Shown here: piece after piece, positions 1 through 9,863 of the stretch
How positions within the stretch are numbered: the first letter of the stretch is position 1
How the letters are laid out: the number at the start of each line of letters is the position of its first letter
Assembly (NCBI GenBank): GCA_021787665.1
Contig: JAJYLN010000007.1
Coordinates: forward strand, 10,135-74,134
Length of the DNA stretch: 64,000 nt
Reading direction: 5' to 3'
From: a bacterium
GTDB lineage: Bacteria > JAMCPX01
Translations under genes and position numbers: made by a program
Notes under the pieces: generated by a model
Database searches by the model: none
What the model was told of the DNA's origin: nothing
What the model saw: the letters and a program-made list of their open reading frames with translations, nothing else

Positions 1-1139
1 TGCTTGTCTACTTCATCATCTCGAAGGACCTCAAAAAAGGACTCGCCATCTCTGTCTATGGCGCGCTCGTCTTCTACGTCTTTTTTGTCCTGCTCCATTA
101 TCACCAGCTCCCCATCGACGTAGCGTCGAGGATGTATGCGCTTCATCATCCATCGACGTACCTGCTGTATGTCGTCATCTTTCTGGGCAACCTGATACCG
201 GGAGGCCATCCAACCGCCTTATGGATCCCCTGTGCCGCGGGTACTCTCCTCCTCATCCTAGCGATACAGGTCATCATCAGATACGTGCGGCAGAAGAGAG
301 AGCCGTTCCTGTTCTGCTCGATGCTGTTCATACTCGCAACGGCGGCGGCAGTCGGTCTGGACCGTGTGGGCTGGGGTATCAAAGAGGCGACCGTGTCCAG
401 ATACAGCGTGTATCCTCTCCTGCTTCTCGTGATCATCTTCGGCTATTACCTGACGACCTACCGTGAGAACAGGGCTATCTTCGCACGCCTGAACCTGCTG
501 GGAACCATCGTCCCCCTGGTCGTATTCGCTCTCTGGTTTAATCGGGCCTTCTACTACTTGAATTACATGGGGCTGATATCCTATCACTACGTCGCATACC
601 TATCGCCGAACACCACTCCCTACGCTCAGATACTCTCCGAATCCGAAAGGCTGCATGTGTTCGTACCAGGCCACATAATAATCCCAACCACAAACTATGG
701 AGACTTACCGAATACCCCGCTGCCGGCCTCCGTCGACATGGTATCCTCGCTGCCCCGGAGAGACTACCGCACAGCATTCGGTATCGATAGCATTAACGGC
801 TTCATGGTACCCTCAAGGAACCAGGACGGGGCGATCGTCCTGCACACCGACAGGATAGCCGTACAAGGGTGGGCCATCGACGAGAGGGCCCATGCGATTG
901 CGTCCGCTGTCTTTGCCGATGTCAACGGCAGTCTGTACCCCCTGACCTACGGCATCGTCAGGCCCGACGTGGCAGAGGCGTTCAAGAGCCCGGACTACGT
1001 CTACGCAGGGTTCCAGGGTAGTATACCAGCCCCCGGGCTCCGGAAGGGAGAAAACACTCTCAGCTTCAGGATAATCGACTTCAAAGAAACAGGGTACTAC
1101 CAGACCAAACCGATAAAAATCTGGTTTAGCCGCCGCTGA
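1..1139 (+). CDS. Integral membrane protein, 5'-truncated at window edge (multi-TM N-terminal half, soluble C-terminal ~160 aa domain); function unknown
   Basis: The reading frame of ORF 132..1139 stays open back to nt 3 with no stop. The translation has several hydrophobic helices followed by a hydrophilic C-terminal domain. No recognisable catalytic motif. Confidence 0.45.
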   Translation, partial: LVYFIISKDLKKGLAISVYGALVFYVFFVLLHYHQLPIDVASRMYALHHPSTYLLYVVIFLGNLIPGGHPTALWIPCAAGTLLLILAIQVIIRYVRQKREPFLFCSMLFILATAAAVGLDRVGWGIKEATVSRYSVYPLLLLVIIFGYYLTTYRENRAIFARLNLLGTIVPLVVFALWFNRAFYYLNYMGLISYHYVAYLSPNTTPYAQILSESERLHVFVPGHIIIPTTNYGDLPNTPLPASVDMVSSLPRRDYRTAFGIDSINGFMVPSRNQDGAIVLHTDRIAVQGWAIDERAHAIASAVFADVNGSLYPLTYGIVRPDVAEAFKSPDYVYAGFQGSIPAPGLRKGENTLSFRIIDFKETGYYQTKPIKIWFSRR

Positions 1140-1962
1140 TCTCCTCCAGCATTTTCTCGGACGCTTGCCGCGCCTCCTCATTGTCCGGGATCTGCCAGAT
1201 GCTCGACCAGAGCCGCTCCCCGCCATCGACGGGTAGTATCGCGCCGGTGATATAATCCCCGGCCGGCGATGCGAGAAACAGTACCATCTGGGCCACGTCC
1301 TCCGGCTTACCGAAGCGCTTCAGCGGGACTACGCTCCTCTGCAGCTCCACGACCTCCCTGGGATAGACGCGCAGCCCTTCCGTGGCAATCGTGCCCGGCG
1401 CAACAGCGTTCACCAGTATCCCGTGCCCGGCCCACTCCACCGCGAGCGTCATCGTTAGGTTCGCTACCCCTGCCCTTGCGGCACCGGTATGAGCGAGCCC
1501 GGGGAACCCCCGCCACATGTTTGCGACGATATTTATGATCCTGCCTCCTCCCTGTGGGATCATCCATTTGTTCGCTACGGTACTGGTAACATTGAATGTC
1601 CCGTTCAGGTTATTGTTGATCACGGTCGCCCAGCCCTTCGGGGTAATGCCCTCCGCAGGTGACGGGAATTGGCCGCCCGCGTTGTTCACGAGGACATCGA
1701 TCTTTCCGAGCCTCCGGATGACCGCGTCCACCATGGACTCCACCTCGCCGATCTCCCTGACATCGCACCTCAGCGCGAGACAGTCGATCCCTGCTTCCTT
1801 CAGTGCCTTTTCGGCGGGTAGAAAATGTTCCTCCTTCCTGCTCGCGATCGCCACCCGTGCGCCCAGCCGGCCGAAGGAGAGGGCGATCGCCTTCCCGATC
1901 CCGGTCCCGCCTCCGGTCACGACGACGACTTTGTCCTTAAACAGGTCCTGTCTGAATACCAT
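1126..1962 (-). CDS. Short-chain dehydrogenase/reductase (SDR) family oxidoreductase, 2,4-dienoyl-CoA reductase / trans-2-enoyl-CoA reductase-like
   Basis: Glycine-rich Rossmann motif VVVTGGGTGIGKAIA near the N-terminus and an NNAG motif. Length ~278 aa if it starts at the internal MVFRQDLFKDK. The ORF-track start is at 2055. Confidence 0.8.
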   Translation of the reverse strand: MVFRQDLFKDKVVVVTGGGTGIGKAIALSFGRLGARVAIASRKEEHFLPAEKALKEAGIDCLALRCDVREIGEVESMVDAVIRRLGKIDVLVNNAGGQFPSPAEGITPKGWATVINNNLNGTFNVTSTVANKWMIPQGGGRIINIVANMWRGFPGLAHTGAARAGVANLTMTLAVEWAGHGILVNAVAPGTIATEGLRVYPREVVELQRSVVPLKRFGKPEDVAQMVLFLASPAGDYITGAILPVDGGERLWSSIWQIPDNEEARQASEKMLEEISGG

Positions 1963-2159
1963 CGTCAGCCTCCTCAAAAGTCCAAGTGAGCTTAGCACAC
2001 CATGAGAGCCGCGGTAAAGAGGCACAGGCCACCCACAGGGTATCGTCTTTATCACGGTGCCATTTTTGCCATATGTTCTCCTAAAAATGGATATTAAACA
2101 TCAATATTAGGCCTAATTTTGACACTTTACTTTCATATTTATGGATATAGGGTACTTGT

Positions 2160-3331
2160 ATGATGTTATATAAAAGGCTTATACAGGAAAACATACTCAA
2201 AGAATTGAATGCGCCGGAAATAATCATTATCAACGGTCCAAGGCGTGTCGGTAAAACAACCCTTCTCAAAACTATAGGACAACAGGTTACCGACAAAAAA
2301 AATGCATATTTCGATTTCACCGACCCCGCTATTATAAAGCTATGGCAGGATTTCTCTCAGGAAAAGATCAAGGCAGTCCTTGACGATATCGGCATACGCA
2401 ATGAGAGTGGAATTATCTTTTTCGATGAGATACAGTATCTGAGAAATATCGGATTGCTTTTGAAATTGTTTTATGACCATTTCCCCAAAATCAAGGTACT
2501 AGCCACCGGCTCCTCTTCATTCCTGTTTTTACACGACATAGGCGACAGCCTCGCGGGCAGGAAGAAAATGTTTCCCCTCGACTCCTGTCGCTTGAGGAAA
2601 TAACGGACGTCGTATCCGATGATTTATGGCGGTTCGAAGATAAGCCTGTTCAGGCGGCCAGCCTGCAGGAGGCCCTCAGGAAGATACTGATCACCGGCTC
2701 GTATCCCGAGGTATTCGGTATGGACGCATTCCAGAACAAGACCGAGAAACTGAAGGAGATTGTAGATTCATACCTTTTCAAAGACCTGCTCATGATCGAG
2801 GGCATAAAAAAGCCGAGGCTCATTGTCGAACTTACAAAGTATCTGGCGCATCACCTGGGCAGCATGGTCAATCCGAATGAGATAGCGGCCACGCTCGGCG
2901 TGTCCCGCAATACCGTGCTCAGCTACATCGACCTCCTGGAACGGTTCTTTATCGTCTTCAGGGTATACCCGTACGGCAAGAATCTCAGAAATGTTATGAG
3001 AAAGAAGTTTAAGATCTACTTTTACGACCCGGGCATCCGCAATGCCGTCATCGGCAACTTCATCCCGCTCGATCAAAGGGAGGACAGAGGCTTCCTTCTC
3101 GAGAACGCCGTTGCCCTGGGACTAAAGCGAAGGATCGACTATGAGCGCAAGCCGTACGAGCTTTTCTATTGGAGGAATTACGAGGGCAGGGAAGTCGATA
3201 TCGTGCTGACAGACGGCACCCTCACCGGCATCGAGGTTGCGTGGAACAAAAAGAACCACAAACTCACTAAAAGCTATCCGGGCAAGGGAATGATAACCGA
3301 TATCGGGGATGCCTACAAGTTTTGTTTGTAG
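2160..3331 (+). pseudogene. DUF4143-family AAA+ ATPase, disrupted by a frameshift near nt 2566-2600 (ORFs 2160..2603 and 2720..3331 are the two halves)
   Basis: The N-terminal ORF has a Walker A motif (GPRRVGKTT) and Walker B (IIFFDEIQ). The downstream ORF continues the same family in another frame. Both frames are open across the junction near a CCCC homopolymer. The 5' part is markedly AT-rich compared with its neighbours. Confidence 0.55.
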
Positions 3332-3470
3332 GGAAAGAAATAAAATAATCAAATCCGGAGAAGATTAATGATGCTATTTGGAATGGATAGAACATTACAA
3401 AAGACGTTTAAAAGAATAGGACGGATGCTGGATCAATTATCAAGAAGAAAGATTTGACTCCTTTTTTCAT

Positions 3471-4955
3471 TCAGTACATGAAGCTCGAGAAATGGGCAAA
3501 ACTCTGGAGGGGCGTCCACCATACGCCGAACAGGATCGTCGGGACAAGCAAGCTGATGATGATAAGCGCTGGCACCAATCCCACTCTGACCGGCTGTACG
3601 CCCTCCGGCGGCGTCTCGAGGTACATCTTCTTGATGACCCTCGCATAGTAGTACAGCGATACCACCGTGTTCACAACCGCCACGATGACGAGCCAGTAGA
3701 GCCCCTTGTCTATGGCGGCGAGAAACACGACCACCTTGCCGATGAAACCTGCAAAGGGCGGTAAGCCCGTCAGGGAGAACAGGAACACGGTCATCGCTGC
3801 GGAAAGACCGGGAGAAACCTGCGCGAGGCCGCTGTAGTGATCGATGTCCTCGGAGTGGATGCTGTTGTCAACTATCATGACGATGAAGAATGCGCCCATG
3901 TTCATGAAGAAATAGACCGCGAGGTAGAGCAGTACGGCGCTCACCGCCGCCCGTGAGACGATGGACAGACCAATCAGCATGTACCCGGCGTGGGCGATAC
4001 TCGAGTACGCGAGCATTCTCTTGATGTTATTCTGCGGTATCGCAACGATATTCCCGATCGTCATCGTGAACGCGGCAACGACCGCGACGATCAGCAGCCA
4101 CCGGATCGGACTCACATTGGCATAGTAGTGGGTCACGCTTACCGAGCTGATGTAGGCCGTGTAGAAGAACCTCATGATCACAGCGAAGCCGGCTGCCTTC
4201 GAGGCGACCGCGAGCAGCGCGGTCACCGGCGTGGGTGCACCCTCATAGACGTCCGGCGCCCACATATGCATGGGAACCATGACTATCTTGAACCCGAAAC
4301 CCGTGAGGACGAAGAGCGTTGCGACATACACCGTAATGCGCGGGTAGCCGTGGTTGATAAAGGCTATGAGAATATCTCCGAGGCTGAGAGAATGCGCCAT
4401 ACCGTACAGGAGGGACATGCCGTACAGCATGAACCCGGACGCTATGGAGCCATAGATGATGTACTTCAGCCCGGCCTCCTTCGAGCGCCGTGCGCCCCTG
4501 GTGTACGACACGAGCAGGTACGACATGACGCTGAGCAGTTCCATCGAGAGGTATATCATCAGCAGGTTCGTCGAGCTCGCCATCAGGGACATACCGATAC
4601 CGAAGCCGGAGAGAATGGCCACCAGCTCCCAACTCCCCTGCGTATCCTTGAGCTCCCGGGAATCCATTGCCATGAGCAGGACGTAGAGCACGGACACGTA
4701 CGCGATGAGACTGAAAAAGAGGCTGAACGGGTCTATCGTCACCAGGGCATGAAACGCCGTGTTGAGCGTAAGCCGCTCGTACAGGATCACGGTTGCTGCA
4801 GCGGCCCCCAGCATGCCGATGATGCCTATGGAGAAGGCCTCCTTGGCGCCAGACCGCTTCGTCAGCATGGCGCCCATGAGCGCGATAAGCGCCGTAAGCG
4901 CTGCGATCAGTTCCGGCGCAATCAGGACGAGCGACCTGGTCAGTCCCGTCTGCAT
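3471..4955 (-). CDS. nuoN: NADH-quinone oxidoreductase subunit N
   Basis: 494 aa polytopic antiporter-like subunit. Last gene of a co-linear nuoA-N block. Typical NuoN N-terminus. Confidence 0.9.
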   Translation of the reverse strand: MQTGLTRSLVLIAPELIAALTALIALMGAMLTKRSGAKEAFSIGIIGMLGAAAATVILYERLTLNTAFHALVTIDPFSLFFSLIAYVSVLYVLLMAMDSRELKDTQGSWELVAILSGFGIGMSLMASSTNLLMIYLSMELLSVMSYLLVSYTRGARRSKEAGLKYIIYGSIASGFMLYGMSLLYGMAHSLSLGDILIAFINHGYPRITVYVATLFVLTGFGFKIVMVPMHMWAPDVYEGAPTPVTALLAVASKAAGFAVIMRFFYTAYISSVSVTHYYANVSPIRWLLIVAVVAAFTMTIGNIVAIPQNNIKRMLAYSSIAHAGYMLIGLSIVSRAAVSAVLLYLAVYFFMNMGAFFIVMIVDNSIHSEDIDHYSGLAQVSPGLSAAMTVFLFSLTGLPPFAGFIGKVVVFLAAIDKGLYWLVIVAVVNTVVSLYYYARVIKKMYLETPPEGVQPVRVGLVPALIIISLLVPTILFGVWWTPLQSFAHFSSFMY

Positions 4956-6454
4956 CAGTGCCCCACCATCATCAGCAGCTTCGAGAGCGAGGCGCCGACG
5001 AGGTTAAAGAAAGGCATCGGGTAGACGCCGAGGAATAGGGCGATCAGCACGAGCGGCACGAGGGTAAACAGCTCCCGGCCGTTTATCCGTGCGATGCCAC
5101 GGTACTTCTCGTTCGGCGGACCAAGGAACACCCTCTGGTACGCCCAGAGGAAATAGCCGGCCGTGAATATGACGCCCGTCGCAGAGACGATCACGATCAC
5201 CGGGTAGACCTTGAACGTACCGAGAAACACCAGCACTTCCCCGATAAACCCGCTCAGTCCGGGTAGCCCGAGCGATCCCATGAAGGCGAGGCTCGTGATG
5301 CCGGCGTACACGGGCATGTACGTGGCGATGCCCCCGAACCCGTTCAGGTCCCTGTGGTGTGCCCTATCGTAGATCACGCCCACCAGCAGGAAGAGCATCC
5401 CGGTGATGATGCCGTGGTTGAACATCTGCATGAGCGCACCGTTGAAGCCTATGAAGGTCATGGAGGCAAGGCCGAGTATCACGAAGCCCATGTGGCTCAC
5501 CGAGGAATAGGCAATCATCTTCTTGAAGTCCGTCTGTGCCATAGCAACGAGGGCGCCGTACACGATGTTGATGAGTCCGAGGATGGCAAGGCCGATGGCC
5601 GTATAGGCTGCCATGTCCGGGAGCAGCGGGTAACTGATCCTCATGAGACCGTAGGCACCCATCTTCAGCAACACCCCCGCGAGGATGACGCTGATGGCCG
5701 TCGGTGCCTCTACGTGGGCGTCAGGCAACCACGTGTGGAACGGGAACACCGGCACTTTGATGGCGAAGCCTATGAACAGCGCCACGTACATCGCGAGCCT
5801 CACCCAGAACTGCTTTATGAACATGCCCTGGTTCGCCTGGTTCATGAGCGTCACGATATTGAAGGTGTGGCTACCGGTCGCCGGGTCCGTGCTGTTGAAG
5901 TAGAAGGTGAGGATAACCACGAGCATAAGCACGCTGCCAGCGAGGGTGTACAGGAAGAACTTTATGGCCGCATACTCCCTTCTCGGGCCGCCCCATATGC
6001 CGATGAGAAAGTACATGGGAAAGAGCATCAGCTCCCAGAATATATAGAATAGAAAGAAGTCCAGGGCCATGAATACACCGAACATAGCCGTCACGAGCAA
6101 AAGGTACAGCGAGAAATAGGCCTTGTGCGCCTTGTTGATGTTCCACGACGCGAATACCGACAGGAAGCTCAGCAATCCGGTCAGGACAATCATGGGGGTG
6201 CTGATACCGTCCGCCCCGAGATAGTACTGTATATTGAACGCCGTTATCCACGGGTATTTCTCCACGAACTGAAAGCCGGCGGATGACGCGTCCATCGTAC
6301 CATACAGGTAGAAGGACAGGACCATGGGGATAAAGGTGAACACGGCCGCTGTCCATCTGATCCATGTCACCCTTTCCCGCGGCATCAGCAGGATCAGGAC
6401 GAACCCGATCATCGGTGTAAAGACTATCAAGCTCAACAAATAATTAGACAGCAT
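4955..6454 (-). CDS. nuoM: NADH-quinone oxidoreductase subunit M
   Basis: 499 aa antiporter-like subunit, positioned between nuoL and nuoN. Confidence 0.9.
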   Translation of the reverse strand: MLSNYLLSLIVFTPMIGFVLILLMPRERVTWIRWTAAVFTFIPMVLSFYLYGTMDASSAGFQFVEKYPWITAFNIQYYLGADGISTPMIVLTGLLSFLSVFASWNINKAHKAYFSLYLLLVTAMFGVFMALDFFLFYIFWELMLFPMYFLIGIWGGPRREYAAIKFFLYTLAGSVLMLVVILTFYFNSTDPATGSHTFNIVTLMNQANQGMFIKQFWVRLAMYVALFIGFAIKVPVFPFHTWLPDAHVEAPTAISVILAGVLLKMGAYGLMRISYPLLPDMAAYTAIGLAILGLINIVYGALVAMAQTDFKKMIAYSSVSHMGFVILGLASMTFIGFNGALMQMFNHGIITGMLFLLVGVIYDRAHHRDLNGFGGIATYMPVYAGITSLAFMGSLGLPGLSGFIGEVLVFLGTFKVYPVIVIVSATGVIFTAGYFLWAYQRVFLGPPNEKYRGIARINGRELFTLVPLVLIALFLGVYPMPFFNLVGASLSKLLMMVGH

Positions 6455-6463
6455 CTCTTCCTC

Positions 6464-8470
6464 CTATAATAGAACAAGCGAGAGTAGTATGGCCATACCT
6501 ATGACAGCGACGATAAGATAGTTCTGCACGAGGCCGTTCTGGAGCTTCCGCAGCACTGCACCGGCAGAAACGATACCGTCTCCAACCGCGTTCACCGCGC
6601 CGTCGACGACTACCCTGTCGAACGCGCCCTCAAAGTCCGCGAGCCTCCTGCCGAGCCGTGCCGTGCCGTTCACGGTACCATCTATGATGCGCGCATCGAA
6701 CACCCCCAGCAGGTCCTTGAGCCCCATGAGGCCACCCACGATATACTTCTGGTAGAACTCGTCCACGTAATACTTGTTCAGCAGCCACCGGTAGGCAGTG
6801 TTGTACTTCTCTGCCATTATGGCGGGCAACTCCGTCCTCACCCCGTACAAATAGTACGCGAAACCGATACCGGAGAAGGCGGCAAGCACGGAAACACCCA
6901 TGAGCGTCCACTCGAGCGATACCGAGCCCTCCGGCAGCCTCACCCCTGACGCAAACACCGGTGCCAGGAACTGTGCAAACACGTTGTGCACGCCAAAAAT
7001 CGCCGGCATACCGATATAGCCGCCGATCGCGGACAGGATGGCGAGTATGATGAGCGGTATCGTCATCGTCTTCGGAGATTCGTGCACGTGCTCCGCAGTA
7101 TGGTGGTCCATCCTGGGATTGCCGTAGAAAGTCAGTATCACGAGCCTCGTCATGTAGAACGCGGTGAGCACAGCCGCCACGACGCCGAGCAGCCATACGA
7201 ACGTGCCACCGTACGGGCTGATGTAGGCATGGTACAGGATGTCGTCCTTGCTGAAGAACCCCGCGAAACCGGGAACACCCATGATAGCGAGACTGGCTAT
7301 GACGAAGGTCGTGGTGGTGATGGGCATCTTGCTGGACAGCCCCCCCATCTTCCGTATGTCCTGCTCTCCGGACATCGCATGGATGACACTGCCGGAGCCC
7401 AGAAACAGGAGTGCCTTGAAAAAGGCGTGCGTCATGAGGTGAAATATGCCGGCACCAAACGCACCCACACCCACCCCGATGAACATGTACCCGAGCTGGC
7501 TGACCGTGGAGTATGCGAGTACCTTTTTTATGTCGTTCTGCACGAGCCCGATGGTGGCCGCGAAAAAGGCGGTCAGTGCACCGACGATGGCTATCACCCG
7601 AAGCGCGTCCGGCGCCAGGGCATACAGGAAGTTCATCCGCGCTACCATGTAGACGCCTGCGGTAACCATCGTGGCAGCATGGATAAGGGCGCTGACCGGT
7701 GTCGGGCCGGCCATGGCGTCCGGCAGCCACACGTAGAGGGGTATCTGTGCAGACTTCCCGGTAGCACCGACGAAGAGCATGATCCCGACTGCCGTCAGTA
7801 TCGCGGGAGAGACGAGACCTATGTTGGACTTTATCACGCCGAAGTCGAGCGACCATGTCCCGGTCCTGACACCGACCGCCGTGAACAGGAGCATGAAGCC
7901 TACGATAAAGCCGAAGTCGCCGATCCTGTTCACCACGAACGCCTTCATGCCGGCCTTCGCGTTTTCGATCTTCTCGAACCAGAACCCGATTAGAAGATAG
8001 GAGCAAAGCCCCACGCCTTCCCAGCCGACGAACATCAGGAGGATGCTGTTGGAGAGCACGAGCAGGAGCATCGCGAACGCAAACAAGTTCAGGAAGCCAA
8101 AGTACCTCGAATACCGCTTGTCCCCGTGCATATAGCCAACGGAGTAGAGGTGTATGACAGAGCCGACCCCGCTCACGATAAGGGCCATGACCACGGACAG
8201 TGGATCTACGAGGAATGACAGCCCCACCCTGAACCCCTGGAGTCCTATCCATGTATAGACCGTATCGATGAACTGCCGCTGACCTGGCGGCAGGGAAACG
8301 ATGTGCAGGTAAGCGATCACGGACAGGACGAACGAGGTCGCGATCGTGCCGATCGCAATCGTATGCGTGACAGGCCTCGGCAGTCTGCTCCCAATCAGGA
8401 GGTTTACCATTGCGCCGGTCAATGGCAGCAGGGGAATCAACCAAATACAATGCTCGATGCATGGATACAT
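6464..8470 (-). CDS. nuoL: NADH-quinone oxidoreductase subunit L
   Basis: 668 aa, the largest antiporter-like subunit with a long C-terminal extension. Position is conserved. Confidence 0.9.
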   Translation of the reverse strand: MYPCIEHCIWLIPLLPLTGAMVNLLIGSRLPRPVTHTIAIGTIATSFVLSVIAYLHIVSLPPGQRQFIDTVYTWIGLQGFRVGLSFLVDPLSVVMALIVSGVGSVIHLYSVGYMHGDKRYSRYFGFLNLFAFAMLLLVLSNSILLMFVGWEGVGLCSYLLIGFWFEKIENAKAGMKAFVVNRIGDFGFIVGFMLLFTAVGVRTGTWSLDFGVIKSNIGLVSPAILTAVGIMLFVGATGKSAQIPLYVWLPDAMAGPTPVSALIHAATMVTAGVYMVARMNFLYALAPDALRVIAIVGALTAFFAATIGLVQNDIKKVLAYSTVSQLGYMFIGVGVGAFGAGIFHLMTHAFFKALLFLGSGSVIHAMSGEQDIRKMGGLSSKMPITTTTFVIASLAIMGVPGFAGFFSKDDILYHAYISPYGGTFVWLLGVVAAVLTAFYMTRLVILTFYGNPRMDHHTAEHVHESPKTMTIPLIILAILSAIGGYIGMPAIFGVHNVFAQFLAPVFASGVRLPEGSVSLEWTLMGVSVLAAFSGIGFAYYLYGVRTELPAIMAEKYNTAYRWLLNKYYVDEFYQKYIVGGLMGLKDLLGVFDARIIDGTVNGTARLGRRLADFEGAFDRVVVDGAVNAVGDGIVSAGAVLRKLQNGLVQNYLIVAVIGMAILLSLVLL

Positions 8471-8483
8471 TGAAGCCTCCTCC

Positions 8484-8798
8484 CTAACCTTTCATGGTAT
8501 CTTCTTTGTCCAGGTCTATGGTCCTCGTGACCTTGTAGATCGAGATCACGATCGCGAGGGCCACGGCGACCTCTGCCGCTGCGATCACGATCGAGAACAG
8601 CGCAAAGACCTGGCCGACGACTCCAGCATCCGTGAACTTCGAGAACGCCACGAGGTTGATGTTCGCCGCGTTCAGCATGAGCTCCACGCCCATCAGCACG
8701 GCGATAGCGTTCTTCCTGGTCAGCACGCCAAAGACCCCGATGGAAAACAGTATGCCGGAAAGTATGAGGTAGTCCGTCAATGTTACAGCAGGGGCCAT
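8484..8798 (-). CDS. nuoK: NADH-quinone oxidoreductase subunit K
   Basis: 104 aa protein with three TM helices, between nuoJ and nuoL. Confidence 0.85.
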   Translation of the reverse strand: MAPAVTLTDYLILSGILFSIGVFGVLTRKNAIAVLMGVELMLNAANINLVAFSKFTDAGVVGQVFALFSIVIAAAEVAVALAIVISIYKVTRTIDLDKEDTMKG

Positions 8799-8801
8799 AG
8801 C

Positions 8802-9374
8802 CTATGCATCCTTCCTCTCAAGGCCGGCGCCACGCTTGTCCCGGTCCTTCCTTTCCTTCCCTACGCGTAGCTCGGACCTGATCAGATATGCCGCACCTAC
8901 CATGGCGAGGACCAGGAGCACGGACGCGAGCTCGAACGGGAGCAGATAGTCTGTCATGAGCAGGGTGCCGATCGGCCGGGTGGTGGGAATGCTTGCCTTG
9001 TATCCTATTAACCGCCACGGCACCTGCCTGATAGCGTAATAGATAATCGTGAAGGTGACGATCGCGCTGATGGTCCCCATCACCAGCGTACCGAGCCTGT
9101 TGAATATGTCCACGCTATAGGAGTTGTGCGTCAGCATGACCCCGAACACGATGAGGATCATCACCCCACCGATGTAGATGAGCACCTGCGTGACGCCGAC
9201 GAAGTCGGCCCCGAGCAGAATGTAGATGCCCGCAACGCCGAACAGCGTAAAAAACAGTGCGAACGCAGACTGCACGATGTTGCGGAGCAGAACGACGAGC
9301 AGCGCGGACGCTATCGTCATGGCTGCAAAGAAATAGAAGAACAGCAAATGTACCGTGGATGGTACGGCGCTCAT
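8802..9374 (-). CDS. nuoJ: NADH-quinone oxidoreductase subunit J
   Basis: 190 aa membrane subunit. Order is conserved. Confidence 0.85.
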   Translation of the reverse strand: MSAVPSTVHLLFFYFFAAMTIASALLVVLLRNIVQSAFALFFTLFGVAGIYILLGADFVGVTQVLIYIGGVMILIVFGVMLTHNSYSVDIFNRLGTLVMGTISAIVTFTIIYYAIRQVPWRLIGYKASIPTTRPIGTLLMTDYLLPFELASVLLVLAMVGAAYLIRSELRVGKERKDRDKRGAGLERKDA

Positions 9375-9853
9375 CCCACCGCTCCTTTCGTTTCTTTTCC
9401 CTCACTGGCTGCCGCCGGCTTCTTCTCTGCCGGCTTCGGCTCGCCAAGGCCGAAGTGCGAGACAAGACCCTCCCGTGAGTAGCTGGAGAACTCGTACTTT
9501 TTCTCGAAGTAGAGGCATTGATCGACCGGGCAGGCTTCGACACAGAGACCGCAGTAGATACACCTCGCGTTGTCGATATCGAAGACGACCGGCCTGAGCT
9601 TCTTGTTCTCGTCCCTTACCGTCTTGAGCACTATCGCATCGACCGGACATATCCTCGCACACGCCGTACAGCCGGTGCATATGTTGATGTCGACAAACAG
9701 CTTGCCCCTGAACCTGTCGGACGGCTCCCGCCTGACCTCTGGATACTGCTGCGTGACCTCGCTCCCGGGCTTCACGCCATATCGAAGCGTGATACGCATC
9801 CCGGCCAGGACGGACTTTACGGAGCTGAACATTCTTTTCATATACCCCCACAT
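9371..9853 (-). CDS. nuoI: NADH-quinone oxidoreductase subunit I (2x[4Fe-4S] ferredoxin)
   Basis: Two CxxCxxCxxxCP motifs: CTGCTACARICP and CIYCGLCVEACP. Confidence 0.9.
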   Translation of the reverse strand: MWGYMKRMFSSVKSVLAGMRITLRYGVKPGSEVTQQYPEVRREPSDRFRGKLFVDINICTGCTACARICPVDAIVLKTVRDENKKLRPVVFDIDNARCIYCGLCVEACPVDQCLYFEKKYEFSSYSREGLVSHFGLGEPKPAEKKPAAASEGKETKGAVG

Positions 9854-9863
9854 CGCCCGGCCC

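Noticed and set aside
3990-6052. Several 230-340 aa plus-strand ORFs (3990..5024, 5354..6052) antisense to nuoN/nuoM
   Set aside because: GC-rich antisense artefacts with no start context. Translations are charged low-complexity sequences.
6630-8462. 610-aa ORF on the minus strand in a different frame, inside nuoL
   Set aside because: Arg-, His- and Pro-rich low-complexity translation typical of an out-of-frame shadow ORF in high-GC coding DNA. nuoL in the other frame has clear complex I homology.
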